NCBI RefSeq assembly: GCF_009914755.1
Contig: NC_060948.1
DNA from: the human T2T-CHM13v2.0 reference genome, Homo sapiens
Direction: 5' to 3' (one strand)
Length of the DNA: 64,000 nucleotides
Shown here: one piece after another, positions 36,756-50,429 of the stretch
Numbering within the stretch: position 1 is the first letter of the stretch
Layout of the letters: each line of letters starts with the position of its first letter
Notes under the pieces: generated by a model
Database searches by the model: none
Seen by the model: the letters and a program-made list of their open reading frames with translations, nothing else
What the model was told of the DNA's origin: nothing
Program-made: the position numbers and the translations under genes

Positions 36756-36859
36756 AAGCGATCCTCCCACCTCAGCCTTGTGAATAACTGGGACTACAGG
36801 TGTGAGCCATTGTGCCTGGCTGACCCTGTTGTTTTATTCAGAATCCTAAAGTGGTTGCC

Positions 36860-37600
36860 ATGGGCTGCAACATGGGTGTCCCTGAGCCCAGATGTTCACG
36901 TCCTAATCTCAGGAACCTGTGAATCTTTTACATTACATGGCAAACAGGACTTTCCAGATTAACGCTCTTGAGACAGGAGATTATTCTGGATTATTCAGAT
37001 GCGCTCAACATAACACCAAGCTCCTTGGAAGAGCGCAGCAGCAAGCAGTCAAAGATGAAGAAAGCAGATGCGATGAAGAAAGCAGAGAGAGACACAGAGA
37101 GGGACAGAGAAAGAGAAGAAGAGACAGGGAAACACACACACACAAAGAGAGAGACACTTAGAGACAGAGGCACAGAGACAGAGAGAGACAAAGAGAGAAT
37201 GAGAGACACAAAGAGAGACCGACAGAGAGACAGAGAGACAGAGAAAGAGAAGGAAAGACAGAGACAGAGAGACACACACACACACACACAGAGACAGAGA
37301 GTGACAAAGAGAGATGGAAAAACACAAAGAGAGACAGACAGAAACAGAGACAGAGACAGAGAGATAGGAAGAGACAAAGAGACACAGGCAGAGAGAGAGA
37401 GACAAAGAGAGACAGAGAATGGGACACAGAAAGGCAGAGAGAGGGAGACAGAGACAGAGGCAGAAAGAGAGACAGAGAGAGGCTGAAGACAGAGGCAGAA
37501 GGAGAGATAGAGAGAGGCAGAGACAGACAGACAGAGAAGGGGGAGGTGAAGCAGCACTCCTGGTTTTGAAGACACAGGAAGGAGCCATGAGCCAAGGAAT
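36860..37600 (+). mobile_element. MLT1C/D LTR with an internal GA/CA-rich expansion (37080-37545)
   Basis: GTCCTAATCTCAGGAACCTGTGAAT...TACATGGCAAA...GAAGGAGCCATGAGCCAAGGAATG. Confidence 0.8.
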
Positions 37601-37755
37601 GCCGGGCTTTGTGGCGGGCGCCTGTAGTCCCAGCTACTCGGGAGGCTGAGGCAGGAGAATGGCATGAATCCTGTTGGCGGAGCTTGCTGTGAGCCGAGAT
37701 CGTGCCACTGCACCCTAGCCTGGGCGACTGAGACTCTGTCTCAAAAAAAAAAAAA
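37601..37755 (+). mobile_element. AluY-like right monomer
   Basis: GCCGGGCTTTGTGGCGGGCGCCTGTAGTCCCAGC...GAGAATGGCATGAA...GGCGGAGCTTGC; poly-A. Confidence 0.9.
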
Positions 37756-38761
37756 GCATCTTACATCTCATTTTACTATTAAAATGAGAAAGGGTCAGTT
37801 TGAGGACAGGTAACCTCAAAATGCTCATGCTCTCTGTAAGGGAAAGTCCCTACTGAAGAATTGTTTTGCTTGAATGAGCTCAATGACAATGCAAATGCTG
37901 AAGCTTAGTACGGTCATGGTTACCATGCTTGCTGCACATAGAGAACATGTGTAAAAAACTAGAGTTTGCATAAGACAATCAATCATGAAGCCACACACAC
38001 ACACATGTCCCCCACAAGTGAGGATGACACATGAAAAATTGACTCTTCCAAATCCTTGGGGAAAAATATGATTCAGAATCCCTCTTCAGAAGTCACTGGT
38101 TTTTATTGTGGAGTTGTGAAAGGTCAGTCTGTGCTCTGGAAAATCCTGATGTGAGTGGGACTTGTGTTCAGTTTCCCGTTAACCCTTTTTGGGAGTCTGC
38201 CTTCTCCTTTAGTAGATTAAGTCTTGTTAATTCCAGGCTCTCTGCTGCAGTAGGGGGTTTGTCTTTCTTGGAAGTAAATCATCTGGGTTTTCGAACCTGA
38301 CAATCCATTTGCTGCCAGTGCACTATTTATTAATTCTTACTCAAGTGTCAATGGCTACTTAATTATGGCAACAGGCAAACAGCACAGGCATTTTACCAGA
38401 CCTAATGCCATAATAGTGGAACACCTACTGAGTACCCAGAAGAGCAAGAGGATGCTACTTTATCTACAAGTTGGCTGTGAAGGGAAACTGATTTGCTCTT
38501 TTGCAAACAGCATTTGTATCTACTCTCTCCCCTTTTTTCCTGCTTCAGATTATTCTCTTCTTGTTTCCCACTCTCTGTCAAATTCTCTGACATTAAAACT
38601 CTTTCCTCCCATTTCCTCCCCTCACCTCCCCTTTACTCCCTTCACCTCCTCTCTTCTCTTTTCCTTTCCTTTCCTTTTGACAGGATTTTGCTTGTCACCC
38701 AGGCTGGAGTGCAGCGGCACAATCATAGCTCACTGCAGCCTCCAACTCCTGGATATATATA

Positions 38762-39100
38762 TTACATATATGACAGTCATTCCTTAAAATTATAATGAAT
38801 CTGCCCTATACTAGTGTACCTTTTTTTTTTATACCATATTTTTACTGTACATTTTAATGTTTGGATGAATTTAGATACAGAAATATTTACCATTGTGTTA
38901 TAATTGCCTACAGTATTTAGTACAGTAACCTGCTATACAGATTTGTGGCCCAGGAGCCACAGGCTAGACCATATAGCCTACGTGTGTAGTAGGCTAGACC
39001 ATCCAGGCTTGTGAAAGTGCATTCTGTGATGTTCACACAAAGTCACCTAAGGACACAGTTATCAGAATGTATCTCTGTTGTTAAGTGATACATGACTGTA
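38762..39100. mobile_element. Tigger3/Golem-family (TcMar) element, preceded by an Alu fragment (38678-38752)
   Basis: CCATTGTGTTATAATTGCCTACAGTATT...GTGTGTAGTAGGCTAGACCATC...GTTAAGTGATACATGACTGTA. Confidence 0.85.
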
Positions 39101-39111
39101 GCCTTTGCTGC

Positions 39112-39463
39112 CCCTCTGGCCTGAATGTTCATGTATTCTCCAAATTTATCCTAATCCCCAAGGTTATAGTATTAGAAATTGGGGCTTTGGGGAGGTGATG
39201 AGGCCATGAGGGTGGAGCCTCATAGGTGAAATCAGGACACTTATAAAAGAGACCACAGAGAGCTCCCTTGCCCCTTCCACCATGTAAGAACACAGCAAGA
39301 AGGACTATCTACAAACCAGAAAGGAAGTCCATACCAGACACTAAATCTGCCATGTCTTTATCTTGGACTTCCAGAGTCCAGAACTGTGGGCAATAAATGT
39401 CTGCTGTCTATAAGCCACTCAGTATACTGTATTTTGTTATGGAAGCCCACACTGACCAAGATA
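39112..39463 (+). mobile_element. MLT1A-like LTR
   Basis: GGCCATGAGGGTGGAGCCTCAT...CTTGGACTTCCAG...CAATAAATGTCTG...TATTTTGTTATGG. Confidence 0.85.
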
Positions 39464-40946
39464 GTTACAGACTGAGATCTGAGAAATCTCATGCTTTTGG
39501 GCATGAAAAAAAAAATTAGAGACAGGACTGGTGGAGGTTTTTTCTTGGAATATCATCTTTAATTTGAGTTCCCTTCCAGAGGCCATTTCTTACTGTGACT
39601 GGAAATGTCTGAGTAGCCTGTGTTCTCTTTCTTTGTATTCCTGCTCTGATCTTATCTTCTAGTCTCCAACCAGAAAGTTTAATCTTGACAGGTACTGACA
39701 GAAATGAAAAATGTGACCATTTCCTCCAGGGTGACCATGTGTTTTAAGTTCTCTGAAAAAAGCTAGCATGTGTAATTTTGTACATTCTTATTGTTTTTAC
39801 AAAACCTCTCTACTTTCAAAGAATAACATGCTGTGGATGAAGAAGCCTCTTCAGATCATGATCTGACTTTTGTTTACTGTAATTTGGTGATTTGATGATA
39901 ATCAGAGAGAAATCATAGCACTGATATACCTGCTGGGGACATTAAAATGGGATTGAGACAGAGTTAATTCCCAACTGGGGAATGGTGATGCAATGTGTGA
40001 GAACCATGCCTGTCTACAACAGCTCTTGGGCATTGGAAAATCCGCACATAATTTCTTGCAGAAATGGCTGCCTAAGGGCGGCAGGCTTTTGAGGTCTGCA
40101 GTTTGTCTGGTCTTCTTCTGACAGTTTATAATAGATTTGTTTCTGTAGCTGTGACCACATGCGTATGGTATTTAGTGATGTCATGAAAGAGTTGCTAATG
40201 CTGTAGTCAGAAAAAAATGGATGAGGTTAACAGGCTTGGGAAGTTTTAACCTCGAATAGCCTAACACTTTGGTGAACATAAAGGCAGTCTGGACAATCCA
40301 TTGAGACTATTTTTGTTGTTGTTGCAGAAAAACATCTATATGCTTGAAATACACATCTTTGTTATAGATACAGAGAATGTGAAGGCTTTCTTTCTTCCCA
40401 AACATGTAGAGCTAAGGCTACATTTTCTAAATCTCAAATAAATTGAATGCAAATATACTCCAATAGTAAGAAACAACACTAAAGGATACCACTATAGCAT
40501 ATGCTGTACCAGTTACTTGATCCTCAGTGTGGGGGTTCACGGCAACTGAAGAACAGATTACAGTTTTGTTACATGATAGTTAATACCACTATAGCATATG
40601 CTAAGTTCTTCTGCTTAGTCTTGTTAAAGCAAATAATTTTAATTCACAGGTGGGTATCTTGAAGGTATCGTCTTTGTTTATAGACTGAGGTTTACAGAAA
40701 TTAACAGAAATAAACATGATTTTTATCTACAAGCAAAATCAAAGATGATAAATTCAGATTAACTGTAATTACCTCAATGTTTTATGCAAAAGTGTCTTTA
40801 TTTTGAAACAACCCAACATAAGAAAGCAAACTTGAACTGTAATTAGATTGTCTCAGTATAAACCATTTAACTGACACTGTACTAAGTTGTTTAATAGGTG
40901 ACTTACTCATAATATGCTGGGTTTGATGTTTATCTTTTCAGGATAG

Positions 40947-41285
<339 letters not shown>

Positions 41286-41399
41286 TAAGAGGTGACCAAT
41301 TAAGTAACCTGAAACTATATGTGTATATAGTATATATATATATACACACATATGTATATATATGTGTGTGTGTCTGTACATATTATTTTATATATATAT

Positions 41400-41908
41400 A
41401 TAAACTGCATCAGACAAATCTGGCTTAACTTTCATGTAACAAAATTGTGATTTGTTCTTCAGTTGCCATGAACCCTCACACTGAAGATCATGTAACTTGA
41501 ATGTGCCAGGATGAACCTAGCATGCAACTTGAGATAATCCTAATTGAGAAGTAGGGACTGAATTAAGAAGCAGACACCACATTTCATGATTCAGGATCCA
41601 ATCAGATTGAACCCTGGGATCACCCTATGGCAAGATCCAATTAGATCGTGCCTCCTGGCATCATCCCATGGCAAGATCCAATCAGAACATGCCTTGTGGC
41701 ATCACTTCATTGCAAAGTCCAATTAGATCTTGTCTAATTACCATGTGCTTATAAAGCCTGACCTGAAGCTCAGCTCACAGACAAGATTTGAGCATTACCT
41801 CCAGTCTCTTTGCCAGCTGACTCACAATAAAGCTTTTCTTTTGTCAAAAGCCAGTGTCATAGTATTAGTCTCTATGTGGATTGAGCGGCGAGCTCATTGA
41901 TTGGTCAT
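41400..41908 (+). mobile_element. ERV1 LTR (MER49-like; family name tentative)
   Basis: Tandem GATCCAATCAGA...GGCATCAC units, TATAAA at about 41750, CAATAAAGCTTTTCTTTT poly-A region. Confidence 0.7.
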
Positions 41909-43884
41909 CTATAGCTGTATCTATAGCTATAGATACTCATCTACAGAAACATCATGGCTGTGTGATGATAGCAATGATGTCAAACAGGTACTGTAAGACC
42001 ATAAGGTCTTTACAGGTTCCCTGATCAAAATGACCCAATACAAAACGTTGTTTTTTGAAGTTGAGCAGAAAGAGAGATGAGCAGAAATCACTTAGTGGGT
42101 TGAGGAGACTAATGCAAAAGGTATTTGGAGAATAGGAGGAGGAAGTGGGCTGGATAAACACAGTAGGGACTACATGTTGGCTGCTTCCATGGAGACTGTT
42201 TCTGAGGTGAAAGTACTCATGCCAGGAAACAAAAATAAAGAGATATTTTAGTTTATGAGTGTATCTGCTTTCCTAACATGCAGCTGTTTATTAACATTAA
42301 TGGATATCTGGTTTTTTTTTTCACTCCATCCAAATTTAAAGCTTCATAGAATCCTAAACTTCAGTGTTGGAAGAATCCCTTAACCCTGTCACCCCACTTC
42401 TTTCAAGGAGAGTTCTTATCCAGGATTATAAATAAAAATCCCAGGGAGAACATTATCAAAATTCATGCACCCTATTCTTTTTCAGTAGATCTGAGAGAGG
42501 GGAAAAAAATCTTAACTACCTATTTAAAAAATTTTTTAAAAAGGATCTTTCTGATATATACCCTGAAAGAATCACCATCACATGGAAAAAGAGTACCTTA
42601 AAAATAGTTACATTTTTCCACTTGATCATGCCAAACAATTATGTGAATAAGAAAATGACATATTTTGCACCTAACTTGCCAAGCTGAAAAGACTTTTTCC
42701 TTTTGTATATTCGCTAGCAAATTGGGACAGTTTAACTTGCATCTTAGCCAATTTCTGCAGAAGCTGGGGCTCTGTGTATTTAGCTGGTTTGCAACTGATA
42801 AAAGCAGCTGTATCTCCACTGGATGGAAATTGCAGTGTGTAACACATGGCATGCAAAACAGGATATGAGAGGATTTTGGCAAGCAAAGGGACTCAGTTTC
42901 AGAAAGCTCTGGGGCTCCTCAGTTAGAATTCACTCTGCTGCCTCTACCTGCTGACAACTCACATCAATGCCTGGGTGTATGGATCTTGCTGGAAAATCAA
43001 AATGTAACTGGCAAAGAGAAATGCAGAGGTTCAATATTGTGCAAGGTAGGAGGAAGGCAGGTAGGAGACTTGCTGATAAGATAAATGTTGAATGAATAAC
43101 AGTAGATAATCTGCCAATTGTTGGGCTGATGGTAAAAAGTATGAAGGAAGTTTTCTTAGACTGACTCATCAACCTGGAATTGAAGCAAGTGCATGGTGGG
43201 GAGATGCTGGCTTTCATGGGAGGAATGGTGTTGAAAAGTCAAAACAGAGAACAAACTTGTCCCATCTCTACTTGGGTTCATATCCTTTCTCTTTGCAAAG
43301 CAAGCTGTGATTCAGAGGCAGTGAAAGCCATCACCTGGGGCTTCAGTTCTTTCCAGACTTACCCTTCAGTGGATCAAAGTTTTGTGTCTAATCCATTATG
43401 GGGAGATCAACCTTTAAATTTTTATCTTTTCTCCCTTTTTCCTTCTTCTTTCTCCTCTTCCTCCTTCTCTTTTCCTCCTCTTCCTTCTCTCCTGCTTTTT
43501 CTCTTTTCCTTCTCCTTTTTCTCCTTTGACTTCTTATTCTTCAGGGCTTACCCTTCACGTTAATGTGTAAACAATATGATTTGAGTCAAACTTGGACATT
43601 GGGGAAAAGTTTATTCCTTATGGGTGCCTTCACTAGTACTTATGATATCAGTCCACAGCATCAAAAATATGACATTAGGCTCTCCCTTAATTCTCCAAAT
43701 GCAGTTAAATCTAGGTGGTGACATATACCACAATCTTAATGTATTGGCTAATGAGAGGATGAACAAGCCAAAAAGAAAAGAGAAGGAAAGGACATTAATT
43801 TGGAAACTGCCAATGACAACTTTTACTGTCCATTGCCATAATCCCTACTGGTAGGTCCTTGAAGGCATTCTTGATATGGTAAAA

Positions 43885-44172
43885 TAAACATGGCATTTTA
43901 CTTCCATGGTTTTACCAAAACCTGTAAGCCGTCTGAACATGAAAAAAAATCTTGACATAGCCTAATTGAGGTATATTCTAGAAAATACCTGCCAAGTTGT
44001 GTCCTCAAGACTGTCAAGGTCATCAAAAACAAGGACTGTCTAAGAAATTGTCTCATCCAAGAGGAGCATAAAGAGATGTGTGATAACAAAATGTAACTTA
44101 GGATCTTGGAAGATGCTGGAGCAGAAAGAGAATATTAGGTGAAAACCAAGGAGATCTAAATAAAGTAGGAAA
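43885..44172 (+). mobile_element. L1MC/MD 3' fragment
   Basis: CTCAAGACTGTCAAGGTCATCAAAAACAAGG...AAGAGGAGCATAAAGAGA. Confidence 0.75.
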
Positions 44173-44176
44173 TTTA

Positions 44177-44474
44177 GATGGTGATGATGGTGATGATCAT
44201 GATGATGATGGTGGTGATGGTGATGATGGTGTTGGTGATGATAGTCATGATGATGGTGATGATCATGGTGGTGATGATGACTGTGATTATGGTGATGGTG
44301 ATGGTGATGATGATATGATGGTGATGATGATGGTGATGGTGAAGATGATGGTGATGGTGATGATGCTGATGATGATGAGTTGATGACAGTGATGATAATG
44401 GTGATGGTGATGGTGGTGGTGGTGATGGTGATGATGGTGATGAGATGATGATGGTGATGGTGATGATGGTGATA
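44177..44474. repeat. Imperfect (GAT)n/(GGT)n trinucleotide repeat
   Basis: GATGGTGATGATGGT... Confidence 0.95.
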
Positions 44475-45097
44475 TAAGCTTCCAATAAGCTATAATGTTG
44501 TTTCTAAATATAGGTCCAATATAGTTTAGTAGACACACAGGAAAGTCTTTTCAGGGAAGCTAGCTCTCACTGATGTCTTTGCTATCCAAAGAATGTTATA
44601 CTTGCTCAGCAAACAACATCTATAGGAACTAGCACTCAGGAAAGTAAAAAAAAAAAAAAGACAGCAGAGGGCCAGTCCATTCTTCTCGTAGTTCATTCAT
44701 ATACTTGGTCACATGCTGCCACTACCTGCAAGGGAGATTGGGAGAAGGTATCCCTATAAGGGCAGACATGTGCCCAACAAAAACTTTGGTGGTGGGCGGG
44801 GTGGGGGAGTTCTATGACACAAAATACAAAGGAGAGAATGGCAGTTACCCCTGTCTGTCTTAGCCTTCATAGAGATGATGAGTTGAACCAGGAAAACAGC
44901 AGAGGGACTAAGAAGAAAGGGAAAGATTGGAGAGGGAAGTTACCCACAGAGTTGGTGAACATTTTGCCAGGTCTGACCTGAAGATCATGATTGGACATGG
45001 AAGCTAAAAAATGTGGCCATGATTTCTCACTTGGATAAACAGATAGTGACTCCTTGAGATATGACATGTAATGGTGGTACAGTGGGGATGAAGGGAA

Positions 45098-45525
45098 TGC
45101 TATGGTTTGAAGGTTTTTGTCCCCTCCAAAACGCATGTGTTGGATACATAACTTCCAATGCAACAGTTTTGGGAGGTGGAGCCTAATGGGAGGTGTTTAG
45201 GTCATTGAGGGCTCCACTTCATGAGTTCATTAAAGCAGCCATAAGAAAAGCATGTGTGGGGATGGGTTCTCCTCTTTCTCTCTTTCTCTGTCTCTCTCCC
45301 CCACAACCCCCATGTTTCTTTGCCACACAAAGATACAAACTTTCTCCCGTCTGGAGGGCCTAGCATTCAAGGCACCATTCTGTAGGATAGGAGAACAAGT
45401 CCTGACCCATGGTACCTTGTTTTTGGACTTCCCAGACTACAGAACTGTGAAAGAATAAATTTCTTTTCTTCATAAGTTACCCAGTCTGTGGTAATTTGTG
45501 ATGCAGCATAAAATTGACTAAGATG
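45098..45525 (+). mobile_element. MST (ERVL-MaLR) solo LTR
   Basis: TGCTATGGTTTGAA...GTCCCCTCCAAAAC...GGACTTCCCAGACTACAGAACTGTGAAAGAATAAATTTC...GACTAAGA. Confidence 0.85.
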
Positions 45526-47794
45526 AGGTGAGGGGCTAATAAATATGAGTTTGAGTTAAATAGAGGCATCCAAGAAAACAAATTCAGTAGAATAATGACA
45601 ATTTGAGTCTCACCAGGGAAAGGCTAAAGACCCGGGGAGCCATGTGTGTATGGGATGTATTTAATGGAGCAGAAGTAGATGAGGTCTCAGAGAAAAAGAA
45701 AGAGACCAAGTATAAACTCTTACAAATATGGGTATGTGGAGGAGAGAAAACAATAAAATATGATAGATATGGGAAGTATGAGCACTATCAGGAAAAGGCA
45801 AGAAGGAGTACACTATGGAAACCAGGGGGGGGATAGATTTTGGAAGAGAGAGACAAGTCAGAAACTCAAAGAAGAAGATAAACTCTTCAGAATGGGTTCC
45901 TGGTTTGGAAATGAGATCTCAATCATGTTTCCAAAGGTGACATCACAGAGCAATGAAGTTGGCTGGAGCCATGACCCTTGGGAAAAAAAGAGTGTGGTCC
46001 ATGGGTGAAGATATTTGCTAGTGACAGGAAGAAGAGAGTGGACAGTAGCTTTTGGGAAAGAGGCAGAAAACTTAGTGAAGGCAGGAAATTCTGAGAACAT
46101 CTGCCATGTTGTTTTTTTTTTCTTCTAAAAACATCTAGCACTATCTGGCATCTTTGATTCATGTCAAGTTGTTGAAAACAAAGGAGAAGAGAGAGACTAA
46201 GAGAATGCCAGTGAGCTACCTCATCATGAGCAGGAAGAGGAGGAGGACATGAGTGTTGGCCTGGTCACGTAGTGTCTGTGGTCGAGACATGACCAAAAAA
46301 GAGGCCAACGGGGAGATTAAAATGGGTGAGCAGAGCAGGGTTTTGGGAGGGAGGAATGAACCCAATATCCTGGAAATAAAGATTCCCCTGAGGATATGAT
46401 AATAGCCTTGTATCTAAGATGAATGTGGCTTGCCATGGGCGATGCTACACATTCCATCGCAATAACACCATACATATAAGCTGTCTCAGTTCTTATTAGT
46501 CATTGTCTCATGTCCCCTGATATAATGAGAAGAGATTCTTACTAATGGTCTTTTATTCTCTTCTCTCTCTTTCCCTTGGTGTAAATTATGGTTCTGAGTA
46601 AACTGTAAGCCTCTTTTTTTGTTGTTGCTGTTTTTTCACTGCACAGAACTCTCAAATCCCATCATTCCATAGGAATCCGATTGATGTCATCTAAACCTCA
46701 GCATATATTTTTTGTTAATGATGAAAAGTTTCTCTCACCATCACCAAGGGAGTTTACTGAGACCTAAGGGTGTAAGCTAAACTCTCTTTATCATTTAAAA
46801 AACAAAACAAAACAAAACAGAATTTCCAATGCCATTGGGGGAAACCCTCTGGAAATATTTTTTTAAAAAGAAAACATTAATGCAAAAGGAATTCATACAG
46901 TCTATCTCAAATGCCCCCGTGCTATAATTTATTTTTATCAAGCTATGAAAAGAATTATATGGTGTTTAATGGCAACACCTTGATTGCATACAGATATGCT
47001 GAACATGTGTCAATTATTTTTCTTAGATGTTACATTGACAGAATTTGAAAGCTCCAGATGTGAAAAGTTAAAGAAAAAAGTTGATCCCCTTGAGTTTTGT
47101 TGGAATTCTCTCATGCTTATTCATGTTTCTTACATTAGTAAGAGTACTTATATGATCGTTTGGGAGAAGCTAGTTATGCCAAAGGTTTCTTGTTACCAAT
47201 GTTTAAATAGCTGTAAAACATTCTTTCTCTACTTGGAGAGCTAAGATTTGCTTTTTTCCCCCCTTACACGTTAGTACTTTGTAATGTGCTTGAATATGAG
47301 CTTGTTGAGGAGTCTTTTGCCTCTTGAGTGGGGTCTACCTCAAGCTGGTATGGCTGTCCTCCTGCAAAAGACTCCAAAGGCTCCTCAAGCACAGCCCATG
47401 GGTCAGGACCCGGGCTGGCAAGAAAGCCAAAAATTCACAGGCAGTAAAGGCTCATTCTGTCTTCCAGGAGGGGGAAGAACAGAACAAACATGGAAGAGAG
47501 GATAATTGACGGGAATTTGGCTACAGTAAAAGATAATTTAATTTTCTCTTGGTCAGGCAGCAAGGGTGGAGGAGATGCTGGTAGGGGGTTGGCCCCATTC
47601 TGTCCTGGGACCTCCCAGCACCTGGCTGAGATCTTTGTAAGATTCCCAAGATCTCTTTCAGTTTTAATACCACTTCTTTATTTTCCAGCAGAGAAACAGC
47701 ATTACACTGCTGACCACAGTGTAACCATACACCCAGTCTTTCCCAGGGATACTTGGGACAGACATCAATTTAAAAATTCATCGTTCCTGGCAAC

Positions 47795-47985
47795 AAGAGA
47801 AACCAGGGATTACTAAGCAGGCAGGGAGGGTTGGTAGCAAGGGTTGAAAAAGTACTTAGTGGGTGCTAATGCTCACTATGTGGGTGACAGCTTCAGTTGT
47901 ACCCAAGACCTCAGCATCACGCTATCATGAAAAAAACCTGCACAAGTATCCCCTGAATCTGAAATAAAAGTTGAAATTATTTTTG
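47795..47985 (+). mobile_element. L1PB/late L1PA 3' end fragment
   Basis: AAGGGTTGAAAAA...ACCTCAGCATCACGC...CCCCTGAATCTGAAATAAAAGTTGAAATT. Confidence 0.8.
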
Positions 47986-48069
47986 AAAAATGCATCCTTC
48001 CAAATTGGTGACAACTCATTCCCGGCCATAGTCTGAATAATGTTCTCCAAACAGATCAGCTGTTCCTCT

Positions 48070-48752
48070 CTGCACCCTGCGAATGGAACCTTATTTGGAA
48101 AAAATAATTTTTGAAGATGTGTATAAGGTACAGATCTTGAGATGGGCAGATAATCCTGCCTGTAGAGGGAAATAACTAGATGATTAATAAATGAGTTGTG
48201 GGTTTGTGCACTGAATCTGGAGATCTGACACATTTACAAAATTATTTTTGGGGGGCTGACCTCACTATCTGGGCTGGCCTTGGCAGAAGCTGTGGGGGAT
48301 ATGCTGGTTCCACTCAACTAGATATGCCAGATGGAAAAAAAATAAAAGTACTTTCAACAAACCGAGCAGTGGTGACTCCTAAATTGCCAGACATGGATCC
48401 TAATGTGAGGAAGACACAAGGAGACCTGACACACCTACAGAGTAGAAGATGGTGTGAGACAGAGCACAGAGAGAATTCAGAGAGGCTGGCCTTGAGGATC
48501 AGAGTGATGACGATGGAGCTGCCAGAAGCTGGAGGAGGTAAGGAAGGATCCTCCCCACAGGCTTTCCAAGGGAGCACAACCGTGGAGAAACCCTGACTTC
48601 AGCTCAGTGGTATTGATTCAGGACTTCCAACTTCCAGAACCATGAGAGTATGTATTAGGTTGGTGCAAAAGTAATGGCAGTTTCAATATGCACGTTACTG
48701 GAAGCCTCTACATTGGTGGCAATTTGTTACAGCACCCCTAAGGAATAAATGC
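48070..48752 (+). mobile_element. MLT1C-like LTR with insertions (unknown about 48170-48368; MADE1 fragment 48654-48685)
   Basis: CCTTATTTGGAAAAA...GCCAGAAGCTGGAGGAGGTAAGGAAGGATCCTCCCC...GGCAATTTGTTACAGCA. Confidence 0.78.
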
Positions 48753-48799
48753 ATTCCCCTAACAAATGAGTGTCAAAGGCAAGGATATTAGAAAAAAAC

Positions 48800-49545
48800 A
48801 GGTCTGGGAGTGGTGGCTTATGCCTGTAAACCCAGCATTTTGGGAAGCCAAGGCAGGAGGATAGCTTGAGCCCAGGAGTTTGAGACCAGCCTGGGCAACA
48901 TAGTAAGAACACGTCTCTACAAAAATTAAAAAAATAAAATAGCCAGGTGTGCTGCTGCACACCTGCAGTTCCATCTACTCAGGAGGCTGAGGTGGGAGGA
49001 TCACTTGAGTCCACGAGGTCGAGGCTACAGTGAGCTAGGATTATATCACTGCATTCTAGCCTGGACAACAGAGCGAGACTCTGTCTCAAAAACAAAAAAC
49101 CAAAACCCAGATGTTCCACTATATTCAAGATACTCAGTATCCTGAATACTCATCCCTCATCCTTTTTCAGTTTGTGGAATTGGGCAAGAGCTTTCTTTCT
49201 CAGAGCTCACCCTTGCTTGTAAATGCATTTACTCAAGTGAAAAGCAGAGAATGGTGGCCAGGTGTGGTGACTCATGCCTGTAATCACAGCATTTTGGGAG
49301 GCCAATGCATGTAGACTGCTTGAGCTTAGGCATTCAAGATCAGCCTTAGCAATGTAACAAAACCGTGTCTCTACAAAAAATGCAAAACAATTAGCTAGGC
49401 GTATGATGGTTTGTGCCTGTAGTCTCAGCTAATCCAGAGGCTGAGGCAGAAGGATAGCTTGACCCTAGCAGGTCAAAGGTCAAAGCTGCAGTGACCTATT
49501 TTGCCACTACACTGCAGCCTGAGCAACAGAGTAAGACTCTCTCTC
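48800..49545 (+). mobile_element. Two AluJ-like elements (48800-49105, 49255-49545)
   Basis: Alu dimer motifs. Confidence 0.9.
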
Positions 49546-50429
49546 TGTCTCTCTCTCTCTCTCACACACACACACCACACAGCAGAGAATGAAGACCCGC
49601 AGCAGAAGCTGGAGTGCAATCCTTTTCTAACTCATGCTGAGGGTAGAGTGATACAGTTACTGAACACCCACCCCCTGTCTGATTCCTGAATCATCTCCCA
49701 GGCAAGCTCTGTCCTTCCAGAACCCCACGTTTGCCGGGGCTGTGCTTCAGAACGGGAAAGCTCTAACCAATGACAGAGTGAAGTGAGTCACCAGGGGACA
49801 CTGGAAACAAATGCTCATTCTTTATATCTGGGTCACCGCTTCTTGGTTTGTTGAAAATACTTTTATATTTTTCCATGTGGCATATCTATGTGAGCAGAAC
49901 TAGCATCTAACCACAGCCTCTGCCAAGGCCGACACAGATGAATGAGGTCAACTTCAAAAATAATATTCCAAATGTGTCGGATCTCCAGATGCAGTGCACA
50001 AAGCCAGAACTCTTTGATTTATAACATAGTTGTTTCCCCCTATAAGCAAACAAAGAGAACAAAATCATTATCTTGAGGCAAATGAGAGCCCCAAAGAGTG
50101 CCTATTTCCAGGGAATGCAGTGGAGAAGTTTCCTCTCTCAGAGAGGTTGGGGGTTTCTCTCAACTGCATCATTACTCTTGAGAAATTATTTAGAATTGGA
50201 GGGTTGTAAGTTCTTTTTAACTCAGGATTCTAGTGAACTGATAATTTTAAAAGGATTAGGTTATTTAGAATTTGGCTTATGACACTTAAATACGTGAAGT
50301 ACAATTGTAATTCAATACAAATTGCTAACATCTAACTATTCCTCTACATGCAAACTTCAACTGTGTGTATGTGAGTATAAGTATAAATTCATATCATATG
50401 TAATAGCTATTAGATTTATTAGTTTAGCT

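Noticed and set aside
36968-37713. Long ORFs of 145-240 aa on both strands
   Set aside because: Translations of a GA/CA simple repeat plus Alu (ER-rich or SL-rich low complexity); not genes.
41590-41730. Spaced GATCCAAT repeats resembling a CRISPR-like array
   Set aside because: Internal tandem repeats of an ERV LTR whose spacers are homologous; eukaryotic DNA with no cas genes.
44174-44538. Poly-His / Ile-Thr ORFs
   Set aside because: Translation of the (GAT/GGT)n microsatellite.
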